Sequence record: PZ019085.1
Source of the DNA: a phage
Direction: 5' to 3' (one strand)
Length of the DNA: 64,000 bases
Shown: positions 31,715 to 40,324 of the stretch, one piece after another
How positions within the stretch are numbered: position 1 is the stretch's first letter
Layout: each line of letters begins with the position of its first letter
Made by a program: the position numbers and the translations under genes
The notes under the pieces: model-generated
The model's input: only the letters and a program-made list of their open reading frames with translations
Database searches by the model: none
Told to the model about the DNA's origin: nothing

Positions 31715-32205
31715 TGATTAACAAAACATATTGGTCTAATATAGACGATGACAATGAAGGTATTTCATACTATTCAGTAGATTGGACAGGATGTCCATCC
31801 TACTTAGTGAAAAATATTTGCCAAGAATTTAAAATCGACCAGCCAGCAGGTATTATCGTGAACAGATACATTAATGGATATCAACCTATCGATGAAGTAA
31901 TACGAACAACTCAAGCTGAGCTTGAAAAGTTTTTCAATAAGTGCCAATGGATAACAGGATGGATTATATTTGTACCGTCTATATGGTTTTTCAGCACTAA
32001 GGTGAGTTCTTTCGGTTTTGTTGATATTATTGCTATCTTATTAGCATCTAGTATCATAAGTGTTGTTGGTGGCATCATTGGTGGCGGTACTGCAGCCATC
32101 ATTATTAATCTTGTTAAAAGTAGTTTACAGGAACGTAAAGACAAGATAAAGGCCAAGAATAATGAAGTTGAACGTTTTATTACCGAATGCAGGAATTTGA
32201 GATGA
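31714..32205 (+). CDS. membrane protein, C-terminal ERFITECR motif family
   Basis: 163 aa; TM segments WIIFVPSIWFF and IIAILLASSIISVVGGIIGGGTAAIII; C-terminus ...NNEVERFITECRNLR. Confidence 0.6.
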   Translation: MINKTYWSNIDDDNEGISYYSVDWTGCPSYLVKNICQEFKIDQPAGIIVNRYINGYQPIDEVIRTTQAELEKFFNKCQWITGWIIFVPSIWFFSTKVSSFGFVDIIAILLASSIISVVGGIIGGGTAAIIINLVKSSLQERKDKIKAKNNEVERFITECRNLR

Positions 32206-32438
32206 GTATAGCAATTTACATTAAATCAGAATCATGTGATTCTTATCTGTATTCCTATGATACCGGAACGTCAGAAGAGAAAATCAAAGAAGATTTAGAA
32301 AGCGACTTGGATATGTTCCGACCTATTTCTGATTATATGGTCCAAATATCTGATAGTGAAAGTCCGTCAACAGAAACATGTGTTGAACTTATTATACAAG
32401 ATATCTTTAAACAATCATGGGACCGAGATGATGAGTAA
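32202..32438 (+). CDS. hypothetical acidic protein
   Basis: 78 aa from ATG 32202 (SD AGGA); overlaps the nudE start; alternative start 32187. Confidence 0.5.
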   Translation: MSIAIYIKSESCDSYLYSYDTGTSEEKIKEDLESDLDMFRPISDYMVQISDSESPSTETCVELIIQDIFKQSWDRDDE

Positions 32439-32886
32439 GAAAAATAAAGTGAAAGAACTATCAGCCGGTATTATTTTCCTTACCGAAGATAAAGAATTAT
32501 TCATGGGGCGTGTAACTGGTTCTCGTCCTAAAGGTTCTTTAGCTCATCGGTGGGATATTCCTAAAGGTCGTGTCGAGCCCGGTGAATCTCCTATCGAAGC
32601 CGCTATTCGTGAATGCGAAGAAGAAACTGGGTTTACACAATATGACCCTGCCTTCCTGAAAGACCTAGGTGAACATCATTACTCAGACAATAAGAATATT
32701 CATCTGTTCCTATATACCATCCCTGTAGAGCACGAGCAATTCAGAAACAGTGTTTGTAATTCCTATCATACATTCCCAGACGGACGACAGATTCCTGAAT
32801 TTGATGCATTCGCTTTAATTAAACCTTCTCAATGGGAGTATGTAATGGGCAAATCATTATATAAGGTGCTCACTACCCTCCTATAA
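32428..32886 (+). CDS. nudE: Nudix hydrolase (T4 NudE / e.1-like)
   Basis: 152 aa from MMSKK; Nudix box GRVEPGESPIEAAIRECEEETGF; immediately upstream of e as in T4. Confidence 0.85.
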   Translation: MMSKKNKVKELSAGIIFLTEDKELFMGRVTGSRPKGSLAHRWDIPKGRVEPGESPIEAAIRECEEETGFTQYDPAFLKDLGEHHYSDNKNIHLFLYTIPVEHEQFRNSVCNSYHTFPDGRQIPEFDAFALIKPSQWEYVMGKSLYKVLTTLL

Positions 32887-32895
32887 GTAATAAAT

Positions 32896-32917
32896 ACCTC
32901 CTATAAACGTGGGAGGT
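32896..32917 (+). promoter_or_regulatory. SD-sequestering hairpin with late-promoter-like octamer in the loop, upstream of e
   Basis: ACCTCC-TATAAACGTG-GGAGGT: the 3' arm contains the lysozyme SD GGAGG; loop holds TATAAACG (6/8 match to TATAAATA); T4 gene e is known to be controlled this way. Confidence 0.45.
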
Positions 32918-32920
32918 ATT

Positions 32921-33409
32921 ATGAATATATTTGAAATGCTTCGTAATGACGAAGGTCTTAGACTGTCTTTATACAAAGACACTGAAGGCTTTTGGACGAT
33001 TGGCATAGGCCATTTAGTAACAAAGAACCCGTCTTTAGCCGTAGCTAAAGCTGAACTTGACAGAATGATCGGACGTAAATGCAACGGTACAATTACCCTT
33101 GATGAGGCTGAAAAGCTATTTAATGAAGACGTTGATAAAGCCGTTCGCGGAATCTTGGGTAATGCTAAACTTAAACCGGTATATGATTCTTTAGATGCGG
33201 TTCGTCGATGTGCATTGGTCAATATGGTCTTCCAAATGGGTGTAGCAGGCGTCGCTGGTTTTACTAATTCTCTTCGTATGCTTCAGCAGAAACGTTGGGA
33301 TGAAGCGGCAGTAAATCTAGCCCAATCTAAATGGTATCGTCAGACACCTAATCGCGCGAAACGCGTAATCTCAACATTTAAAACAGGAACTTGGAAAGCG
33401 TATATATGA
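32921..33409 (+). CDS. e: endolysin (T4 lysozyme)
   Basis: 162 aa [32 protein letters not shown]...; close match to T4 lysozyme incl. catalytic E11, D20, T26 context. Confidence 0.95.
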   Translation: MNIFEMLRNDEGLRLSLYKDTEGFWTIGIGHLVTKNPSLAVAKAELDRMIGRKCNGTITLDEAEKLFNEDVDKAVRGILGNAKLKPVYDSLDAVRRCALVNMVFQMGVAGVAGFTNSLRMLQQKRWDEAAVNLAQSKWYRQTPNRAKRVISTFKTGTWKAYI

Positions 33410-33687
33410 AAACATATAGTGAATTTTTATCAGAATCTATTCTTAACGAAGCTACTGACACATTTGCAACTAAGCTAGGTGCAGCTTTGGTTGAAGCTGA
33501 AAGTCTATTAGCACGTATTTCTGAACTTGCTAGTAAGATAGATACTCGCAAATTTGAACGTACCAGCGATATCGTTAAGCTTGAAGCATTGTTGCGTATG
33601 TGCGATAAACCGGAAGAAATCGCTAAGAATGGCTCGCTAATGAAACAACGTCTTGAAAAATATATTTCAGGCGCTTCAGAAAAATAG
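33406..33687 (+). CDS. internal protein-like (capsid targeting sequence protein)
   Basis: 93 aa [16 protein letters not shown]...; CTS-like N-terminus; ATGA overlap with e stop; position of ipIII/ipII in T4. Confidence 0.65.
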   Translation: MKTYSEFLSESILNEATDTFATKLGAALVEAESLLARISELASKIDTRKFERTSDIVKLEALLRMCDKPEEIAKNGSLMKQRLEKYISGASEK

Positions 33688-33688
33688 T

Positions 33689-33725
33689 GTTTACTTCCTC
33701 CAAGGACTTTGATACTATACATTCA
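33689..33725 (+). promoter_or_regulatory. early promoter cassette
   Basis: GTTTAC...GATACTATAC upstream of denV. Confidence 0.5.
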
Positions 33726-33745
33726 TCAACTACTTGGAGGAAATT

Positions 33746-34159
33746 ATGACCCGTATCAATTTAACACTTGTTTCTGAACTGACCGACCAACATCTTATGG
33801 CAGAGTATCGTGAATTACCACGCGTATTTGGTGCAGTCCGTAAACATGTTCAAAACGGTAAACGTGTAAAGGATTTTAAAATCTCTCCAACATTTATCTT
33901 AGGCACAGGTCACGTAACATTCTTTTACGACAAACTCGAATTTTTACGTTTACGTCAAATCGAGCTAATCGCTGAATGCTTGAAACGTGGTTTCAAAATC
34001 AAGGACACGACTGTCCAGGATATTTCCGACATCCCTGCCGAATTTCGTAATAATTATGTCCCGTCCGAAGCGTCCATTGCGATAAGTCAAGCTCGCTTAG
34101 ATGAAAAAATTGCTCAACGTCCTACTTGGTACAAATACTATGGTAAATCAATTTACTAA
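33746..34159 (+). CDS. denV: endonuclease V (pyrimidine dimer DNA glycosylase)
   Basis: 137 aa [35 protein letters not shown]...; near-collinear with T4 DenV as recalled. Confidence 0.95.
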   Translation: MTRINLTLVSELTDQHLMAEYRELPRVFGAVRKHVQNGKRVKDFKISPTFILGTGHVTFFYDKLEFLRLRQIELIAECLKRGFKIKDTTVQDISDIPAEFRNNYVPSEASIAISQARLDEKIAQRPTWYKYYGKSIY

Positions 34160-34165
34160 GGAAAA

Positions 34166-34426
34166 ATGAAAATGTATCAAGAATTTATCGCTGAAGCAGA
34201 TGACAAAGGTCCTAAATTTAAAGTTAAAGCTTTCATTGGTGATGCGGAAGACTTTGGCTCATTAAAACGTAATGGGTATTTTTTCTTAGGTGGCGATGGT
34301 AAAGAAATCAACACCTATGCAAAACGTAGTGAAATTGCTTATGTTGTAGCAAGCCCTAAAGTAGATGTTGACGATATTGGATACGATTTTAACAACTTCG
34401 GAATTATTTCTGGCGGTAAAGCTTAA
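34166..34426 (+). CDS. internal protein-like (capsid targeting sequence protein)
   Basis: 86 aa MKMYQEFIAEADDKG...; CTS motif. Confidence 0.65.
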   Translation: MKMYQEFIAEADDKGPKFKVKAFIGDAEDFGSLKRNGYFFLGGDGKEINTYAKRSEIAYVVASPKVDVDDIGYDFNNFGIISGGKA

Positions 34427-34429
34427 ACG

Positions 34430-34459
34430 GTTTACGCTTAAGTATTAATATAGTATAAT
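34430..34459 (+). promoter_or_regulatory. sigma70-like early promoter
   Basis: GTTTAC, 18-bp spacer, TATAAT. Confidence 0.55.
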
Positions 34460-34489
34460 TACTCTATCAAAACAAACAAGGAAACAAAA

Positions 34490-34804
34490 ATGAAAACGTA
34501 TAAAGAATTTATTGCAGAATCCGCCAACCAACGCGTTGAAGGTGGTTATATTTGGATTGAACAAGTTGAGCCGCCGAGCCGCACTTCTACAGGTAAATGG
34601 AAAATTACTGTTGATGGTCCTGGCGGTAAACGTAGGACTCTTAAAGAAATTAACGGGTACTATGAAGAAGCTCTTTCGGATGCAGGAACTTACATGATGC
34701 AAATCATGATTAAAAACCCTGAAAACCGTTTTGCAGCTAAAGTCTTCCGCCGTATTGGTAATAAACTTTATGATGCATACTCTAAAAACTTCCCTAAAGA
34801 ATAA
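34490..34804 (+). CDS. internal protein-like (capsid targeting sequence protein)
   Basis: 104 aa MKTYKEFIAESANQRVEGG...; CTS motif. Confidence 0.65.
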   Translation: MKTYKEFIAESANQRVEGGYIWIEQVEPPSRTSTGKWKITVDGPGGKRRTLKEINGYYEEALSDAGTYMMQIMIKNPENRFAAKVFRRIGNKLYDAYSKNFPKE

Positions 34805-34829
34805 CATAAATTAAAACAATAGGAACAAA

Positions 34830-35159
34830 ATGAAAACATATCAAGAGTTTATCACTGAAGTTACATTATCTGCGGAACAGAAAGCTGCTATCGAAGAAGG
34901 TAAAAATCCCAAAGTAACATATAAAGTAAATAGTAAAGGCGTTTTTGATGACTTGGTTCAAGACCCTGAATTGAAAAAGGCTCTTTCTAAAACTAATGCG
35001 TACTTTGCTCCTAAATTTAACACAGCCGGTGTACTTATTGGATTGGATGTATTCAACTCTAAAGGTGTTCTATCTAATGCCTTTGGTTATGCCGCTAACA
35101 AAATTACCAAAGCCGCATGGGAATCCAATACTAAACAAGCTCAAAAGCCTAGAGTATAA
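34830..35159 (+). CDS. internal protein-like (capsid targeting sequence protein)
   Basis: 109 aa MKTYQEFITEVTLSAEQ...; CTS motif. Confidence 0.65.
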   Translation: MKTYQEFITEVTLSAEQKAAIEEGKNPKVTYKVNSKGVFDDLVQDPELKKALSKTNAYFAPKFNTAGVLIGLDVFNSKGVLSNAFGYAANKITKAAWESNTKQAQKPRV

Positions 35160-35331
35160 TTCTTGCCTAATAAAGGGAAACGCAACCTCTCCTTATGAAC
35201 GTCGAGTCCTCTGAGTGATGTACCTTTTCCAACCTGTAATAAGGTCGAGCGCAATGCGGTAATGGGTTTACATAGCGAGTCGAAGGACATAACATGTGCC
35301 ACGGAATGGCCCAAACCTTAAGAGAAATAAT

Positions 35332-35871
35332 ATGAGAACATTTTTAACTGGTCCTTATCTATCCCTGATGAATGCTTTTACACACCATTCTGATGCTAGA
35401 GTAGAAGAAATTTGTAAGAACGGTTATGCCCCACCATTTGAAGACGTACTCAAGCAGTACTGTACACTTCGTTTAGACGGCGGCAGACAATCAGGTAAAT
35501 CGACCGCAGTAACTAATTTTGCTGTTAATTGGCTGTATGACGGTGGAACAGTTATTGTTCTTTCTAATACTTCAGCTTATTCTAAAATTTCTGCTGGCAA
35601 TATTAAAAAAGAATTTTCTCGTTATTCTAGCGATGATATTCGATTCCGTTTATTTACTGATTCTGTCCGTAGTTTTATTGGCAATGAAGCTTCTAAATTC
35701 CGTGGATTAACGCTTTCTCGTATTCTGTATATAATTGACGAGCCTATTAAAGCTCCTGATATGGATAAGATTTACAACATACATATTAAAACAGTCCAAC
35801 ACTGTTGCAAAAGCAAATATTGCATCGGCGGTATTGCTCGTCCTCAATTTTTTGTGATTGGAATGCAATGA
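35332..35871 (+). CDS. P-loop NTPase, hypothetical
   Basis: 179 aa from ATG 35332; Walker A GGRQSGKST and Walker B-like ILYIIDEP. Confidence 0.6.
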   Translation: MRTFLTGPYLSLMNAFTHHSDARVEEICKNGYAPPFEDVLKQYCTLRLDGGRQSGKSTAVTNFAVNWLYDGGTVIVLSNTSAYSKISAGNIKKEFSRYSSDDIRFRLFTDSVRSFIGNEASKFRGLTLSRILYIIDEPIKAPDMDKIYNIHIKTVQHCCKSKYCIGGIARPQFFVIGMQ

Positions 35872-36176
35872 TGACCACTATTGAAGTTTTTGAATATTGT
35901 TATAATAGCCAAGTATGCAATAAAAGGGCCCTTGTAGAAAATTACGAGATTTACCATTTTAAACCTAAACGATATCGTTTGACTAAAGGTCCGTTCGCAG
36001 GGCAGCAGGTTCTTTGTACTGCTCCTAATGCACGGTTGATGACTAGTATTCCGCATTTCAAAATGGAATTTATTGATGGACCATTTAAGGGATTAATCAC
36101 TCAAAGTTTAATGGCGTTTAATTCCGACCCATTTTTGATTAAAGAAAAAACTTGGATAAATTTATTTTCTAATTGA
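35868..36176 (+). CDS. hypothetical protein
   Basis: 102 aa from ATG 35868 (ATGA overlap with upstream stop). Confidence 0.55.
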   Translation: MMTTIEVFEYCYNSQVCNKRALVENYEIYHFKPKRYRLTKGPFAGQQVLCTAPNARLMTSIPHFKMEFIDGPFKGLITQSLMAFNSDPFLIKEKTWINLFSN

Positions 36177-36182
36177 GGTTAT

Positions 36183-36545
36183 ATGAAAGCATATCAAATT
36201 CTTGAAGGTGCACATAAAGGCACTATTTATTTTGAAGACGGTACTCAAGCTCGGATTATCGTCTCTAAGACTTTTAAAGAAGACGCTATTGTAGACCCGG
36301 AAATTTTCTACGGTTTGAATGCCCGTGAAATTGAAATTGAACATCAACCTAAAGTTAAAATTGAAGGTGGTCAACATCTGAACGTTAACGTTCTGCGTCG
36401 CGAAACTCTGGAAGATGCAGTTAAGCATCCTGAAAAATATCCGCAGCTGACCATCCGCGTATCCGGTTATGCAGTTCGCTTTAACTCTCTGACTCCGGAA
36501 CAGCAGCGCGACGTTATCGCTCGTACCTTTACTGAGAGTCTATAA
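36183..36545 (+). CDS. autonomous glycyl radical cofactor (GrcA/YfiD-like; T4 Y06I equivalent)
   Basis: 120 aa; C-terminal 65 aa [59 protein letters not shown] carry the RVSGYAVRF glycyl-radical motif and match E. coli GrcA as recalled. Confidence 0.85.
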   Translation: MKAYQILEGAHKGTIYFEDGTQARIIVSKTFKEDAIVDPEIFYGLNAREIEIEHQPKVKIEGGQHLNVNVLRRETLEDAVKHPEKYPQLTIRVSGYAVRFNSLTPEQQRDVIARTFTESL

Positions 36546-36769
36546 TGGCTAAATTGATTATAGAAGGGTCTGATGATGTTTTAAAATGTTTTGCCGCCTG
36601 GTTTAGTTGCTCAGGCGAGCAATCATTCGTTGAAGCATTTAGAACGGGTGATATTACTGGAAAATATCCGTCAACCGATATCACTGTACGCGGATATGGT
36701 ATTAATGAGCCTATCCAATTGGTCGAATATGACCTTGCCACCGATGAGGAAATTCCTTATGTCGATTGA
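36545..36769 (+). CDS. hypothetical protein
   Basis: 74-aa ORF. Confidence 0.55.
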   Translation: MAKLIIEGSDDVLKCFAAWFSCSGEQSFVEAFRTGDITGKYPSTDITVRGYGINEPIQLVEYDLATDEEIPYVD

Positions 36770-37025
36770 AGACATCAAAGGCTACAAGCCGCATACCGAT
36801 GATAAAATCAGTAAAGTGAACGCTATTAAAGATGCAGAAGTCCGTCTTGGATTGATGTTTGATGCTCTGATTGAAGAAGCATATATCTTGAAAGAAAACG
36901 AAACAGAGCAACAAACCAAAGAAGATATGGATGCAGTGCAGGCTCTTAAGTATGCTAAGCAACACCTAAAAGAAGCCAGCATGTGGGCATGTCGTGCAGT
37001 ATTTCGACCTGAGGAAAAATACTAA
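36759..37025 (+). CDS. hypothetical helical protein (T4 vs.4 / Acb2 position)
   Basis: 88 aa from ATG 36759; second ORF upstream of regB, the relative position of T4 vs.4 (Acb2); assignment positional only. Confidence 0.5.
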   Translation: MSIEDIKGYKPHTDDKISKVNAIKDAEVRLGLMFDALIEEAYILKENETEQQTKEDMDAVQALKYAKQHLKEASMWACRAVFRPEEKY

Positions 37026-37240
37026 TGGCCTCTACTATTACCGGGTTATTGGACTTTCAAGAAAAGGTCAACAAAATTTGTAGTGAATACTTAAAGTATC
37101 TTGAAGAAGACCTTGAAGATTGTAAGGAAGAAGGCGAAGAAGACTATGCTGACCAGCGTCGTCGCCAAATCGAAGAGATGAGGCATTTCGCCAATATGGT
37201 ATCTAAAGAATCTTGGGCTTTAACTCCATTTTATCAATAA
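37025..37240 (+). CDS. hypothetical acidic protein
   Basis: 71-aa ORF. Confidence 0.55.
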   Translation: MASTITGLLDFQEKVNKICSEYLKYLEEDLEDCKEEGEEDYADQRRRQIEEMRHFANMVSKESWALTPFYQ

Positions 37241-37244
37241 AGTA

Positions 37245-37285
37245 GTTTACTTCTCCTCTAGATGTGTTACTATAGACCTGTCAAC
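37245..37285 (+). promoter_or_regulatory. early promoter cassette (PeSL-like)
   Basis: GTTTAC...GTGTTACTATAGACCTGTCAAC upstream of regB. Confidence 0.5.
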
Positions 37286-37301
37286 TAGAGGAGAAATCAA
37301 A

Positions 37302-37760
37302 ATGACTATCAATTCAGACGTTTTTATCCGCCGTAATAAACTCCGTCGAATCTTTGAAACGGAGTTCCGCAAAATAAATGCCGGTATAAAAGATGCTGCA
37401 AAGTCTCTTGGACTACCAGGCTTTCATATCAAGTATTCTCAACATCTCTTAGATCGTGCCATCCAGAGAGAAATAGATGAGAACTACGTTTTTGAATTAT
37501 TTCGTAAAGTAAAAAATCATGTTAAAGAAGTTGCAGAATTTTTATCAATGCCGGCACGTCCAGATGTTGATGAAGATTTTGTCGAAGGCGTCGAATATCG
37601 CCCAGGCCGTTTAGAAATAACTGATGGAAATCTTTGGTTAGGACTTACAGTCTGTCGCGAAAATCCAGCATTCAAAATGAAGACTCTTCAATGCAGAATG
37701 GCTATTATTAACAGTAAACGACTACCAGGAAAAGCTTCTAAAGCAGTGATTAAAATCTAG
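37302..37760 (+). CDS. regB: RegB site-specific endoribonuclease
   Basis: 152 aa MTINSDVFIRRNKLRRIFETEFRKIN...; near-collinear with T4 RegB as recalled. Confidence 0.95.
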   Translation: MTINSDVFIRRNKLRRIFETEFRKINAGIKDAAKSLGLPGFHIKYSQHLLDRAIQREIDENYVFELFRKVKNHVKEVAEFLSMPARPDVDEDFVEGVEYRPGRLEITDGNLWLGLTVCRENPAFKMKTLQCRMAIINSKRLPGKASKAVIKI

Positions 37761-37768
37761 AGGTAAAC

Positions 37769-38311
37769 ATGAGAAAAGCACTACTCGCTGGTCTATTTGC
37801 TCTTTCGTTATCAGCACATAGCTCCGAGCATACTTTTAGTAATGTCCAACTCGATAACTTGAATTATGCTTATCAGTTTGGGGAACAGTTTTCTAAGGAT
37901 GGAAAATTTAAAACGCATGAAAATATGCATAAGAAAGGACTTGGATACATAATGGCCGCAATACTATGGCAGGAATCATCTGCCGGTATTAATCTTAAAG
38001 ATAAGAAAGGTCACCATGCGTATGGAATGTTCCAAAATTATCTACCAACAATGAGGGCAAGAATTAACCAGCTTGGTTATAATATGACTGACGCCCAAAT
38101 TAAGAAAATGCTATCTAAGCGGTCTAATTCAGCCAGATGGGCTTATATCGAATTTTCTTATTGGTTAAATATACATAATGGGGATATAAGAAAAGCTATA
38201 TCCTCATATAACGCGGGATGGAAGACAAGTGCTGGAAGTAAATATGCTTCTGAAGTCCTAGAAAAGGCCAATTACCTTAAATCAAATAAACTACTGGAAA
38301 TAAAAGAATGA
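37769..38311 (+). CDS. secreted lytic transglycosylase-like protein (SLT domain)
   Basis: 180 aa; signal peptide MRKALLAGLFALSLSAHS; SLT-like motifs WQESS, AYGMFQ, YNAG; position of T4 vs.1. Confidence 0.65.
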   Translation: MRKALLAGLFALSLSAHSSEHTFSNVQLDNLNYAYQFGEQFSKDGKFKTHENMHKKGLGYIMAAILWQESSAGINLKDKKGHHAYGMFQNYLPTMRARINQLGYNMTDAQIKKMLSKRSNSARWAYIEFSYWLNIHNGDIRKAISSYNAGWKTSAGSKYASEVLEKANYLKSNKLLEIKE

Positions 38312-38655
38312 CCAAAATGTTGGCTTTAATAGTTGGCTTGGTTTCATTTAACGCTCTTGCTAATACTACATATACTGATATAACGGAGTATACAAACAGA
38401 ACGGCGTCTGATTATTGTGGTCAAAGTCAAGAGTGTAAAGTAGATTTTTCACAAAAATTGTTATATGCGTATAAAGACGGAGAAAAAGATGGGGCGTCTA
38501 GTAGGTTCAAGGCGTCTACCTTAATTAAAAGATACTATAAAAAATGGCAAATATTAGAATGCTCGGTGGCGGAACCTAAAGATAAGGCAGCATGCAATTC
38601 TATGGTAGACCGTCTAGTTGACTCTTATAATAGAGGACTTGCAGCAAGTGATTAA
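38308..38655 (+). CDS. hypothetical secreted protein
   Basis: 115 aa; signal-peptide-like N-terminus MTKMLALIVGLVSFNALA; four Cys. Confidence 0.55.
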   Translation: MTKMLALIVGLVSFNALANTTYTDITEYTNRTASDYCGQSQECKVDFSQKLLYAYKDGEKDGASSRFKASTLIKRYYKKWQILECSVAEPKDKAACNSMVDRLVDSYNRGLAASD

Positions 38656-39115
38656 AAACTATATCAAGGGCGATATTGTCGCCCTGTTTTCTAAAGGTAA
38701 TAATATCGCTCATGGGTGTAATTGTTTTCATACAATGGGCGCCGGTGTGGCAGGACAATTAGCAAAGGCTTATCCAAAAATTCTGGAAGCTGATAAACTT
38801 CAAACCGAATTCGGAGACGAGTCTAAACTCGGGACTTATTCGGTTTATGAAAAATATTTTAAGACACATAAAGCTTATTGCTTTAATCTTTATACACAGT
38901 TTGAGCCGGGACCTAATTTTGAGTACTATGCTTTAATGAATTGTATAATAGAATTAAATGAATTCGGAAAAAATAAGATAACAAAGCCTGTAATTTATAT
39001 GCCAAGAATTGGTGCGGGTATTGGTGGCGGAAACTGGGATGTCATCGAAGAGATTTTAGATACGTATTCCACTAAACTAGAAATTGTGATTGTTGATTGG
39101 GAACCATTATTATGA
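38648..39115 (+). CDS. macrodomain protein (TARG1/DarG-like ADP-ribose hydrolase fold)
   Basis: 155 aa from GTG 38648 (SD AGAGGA; no in-frame ATG near the 5' end); motifs AHGCNCFHTMGAGVA and MPRIGAGIGGGNW parallel the TARG1 LAHCIS..MGAGIA and MPRIGCGLD motifs. Confidence 0.75.
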   Translation: MIKNYIKGDIVALFSKGNNIAHGCNCFHTMGAGVAGQLAKAYPKILEADKLQTEFGDESKLGTYSVYEKYFKTHKAYCFNLYTQFEPGPNFEYYALMNCIIELNEFGKNKITKPVIYMPRIGAGIGGGNWDVIEEILDTYSTKLEIVIVDWEPLL

Positions 39116-39324
39116 ATATACATTATCCACATCCATATGACCCAAAGAATAAGGCAGTAATTATTCGTCAATGGGAACGCATTTGTCGTACCAAATGTCC
39201 AATTAATAGTCCACATGATGTAGATAAAGACTACATCGGAACATTCGTTGAATATACCTTTATTGATAAGAAAGGCCATAAACAACATGTAGAAGAATAT
39301 TGCTTAAAGGTGACATGGCTATGA
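39112..39324 (+). CDS. hypothetical protein
   Basis: 70 aa from ATG 39112 overlapping the macrodomain stop. Confidence 0.5.
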   Translation: MNIHYPHPYDPKNKAVIIRQWERICRTKCPINSPHDVDKDYIGTFVEYTFIDKKGHKQHVEEYCLKVTWL

Positions 39325-39527
39325 GTCAAACAAAAATTCTTACAGGTGCTAAATGCGAAAAATGCGAATGGCCTGTAGTTTTTGCTTTATGCAATGACGA
39401 AATGGCTTGTGATTTTGATTATTGGTGTTACTGTTCGAACAAAGGTTGTAGCAATCATAAAGGTGAAGGGTTTTACTCAGGATTTTACCCTTACCCAGAT
39501 TTCGTTAAAGAAGGTGAACCTAAATGA
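39315..39527 (+). CDS. Cys-rich small protein (putative zinc-binding)
   Basis: 70 aa; CEKCEW...CNDEMACDFDYWCYCSNKGCSNH. Confidence 0.5.
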   Translation: MAMSQTKILTGAKCEKCEWPVVFALCNDEMACDFDYWCYCSNKGCSNHKGEGFYSGFYPYPDFVKEGEPK

Positions 39528-39706
39528 AATTAACTAAAGAAGAGAAAGCTAAACTGTTTGAACTTATTCATGACCTATTGGATGAGCAAGCAGCCACCAA
39601 TGCGTACGATGAATATGCTCCTTTAACAGATGAAGAATATCAAGCATTGATGGAATCATTTGACAGGAAAGAACAAGAACTCATTGACTACGTGAATTCA
39701 CTATAA
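39524..39706 (+). CDS. hypothetical acidic protein
   Basis: 60-aa ORF directly upstream of tk. Confidence 0.5.
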   Translation: MKLTKEEKAKLFELIHDLLDEQAATNAYDEYAPLTDEEYQALMESFDRKEQELIDYVNSL

Positions 39707-39715
39707 GGGACTCTT

Positions 39716-40297
39716 ATGGCTAGTTTAATTTTTACATATGCCGCTATGAACGCTGGTAAGTCTGCTTCATTACTTACTGCCGCACATAACTATAAAGAAC
39801 GTGGCATGGGTGTATTAGTTCTTAAACCGGCTATTGATACTCGCGATTCAAAAGGTGAAATAGTCTCTCGTATTGGTATTCGTCAGGACGCCAATATAAT
39901 TACAAAAGACATGGATATCTTTGAATTCTATAAATGGGCTGCGGCACAAAAGGATATTCATTGTGTATTTGTTGACGAAGCTCAGTTCTTAACTACTGAA
40001 AAGGTGTATCAACTTAGTCGTATTGTTGACGTATACAATGTGCCAGTAATGGCATATGGACTACGAACAGATTTTAAAGGTAATCTATTTGAAGGTTCTC
40101 AAGCATTAATGGCTATTGCCGATAAGCTTGTTGAACTTAAAGGTGTCTGTCATTGTGGTAAAAAGGCCACAATGGTAGCTAGAGTCACGGAAGACGGACT
40201 TCCAATTACGGATGGCAGTCAAATTGAAATTGGTGATACCGATAGATATGTGTCATTATGCCGGAAGCATTGGAATGATTTGACAGGGTTGTTATAA
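39716..40297 (+). CDS. tk: thymidine kinase
   Basis: 193 aa; P-loop NAGKSASL; C-terminal zinc site CHCGKKATMVARV...CRKHW; T4 Tk-like. Confidence 0.95.
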   Translation: MASLIFTYAAMNAGKSASLLTAAHNYKERGMGVLVLKPAIDTRDSKGEIVSRIGIRQDANIITKDMDIFEFYKWAAAQKDIHCVFVDEAQFLTTEKVYQLSRIVDVYNVPVMAYGLRTDFKGNLFEGSQALMAIADKLVELKGVCHCGKKATMVARVTEDGLPITDGSQIEIGDTDRYVSLCRKHWNDLTGLL

Positions 40298-40324
40298 ATA
40301 CTAATATCTAACCAAGAGGTATAT

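Noticed and set aside
34996-35214. 72-aa ORF overlapping the 3' end of the CTS gene 34830-35159
   Set aside because: Out-of-frame overlap with a gene that has the conserved CTS start; hydrophobic low-complexity translation; likely spurious.
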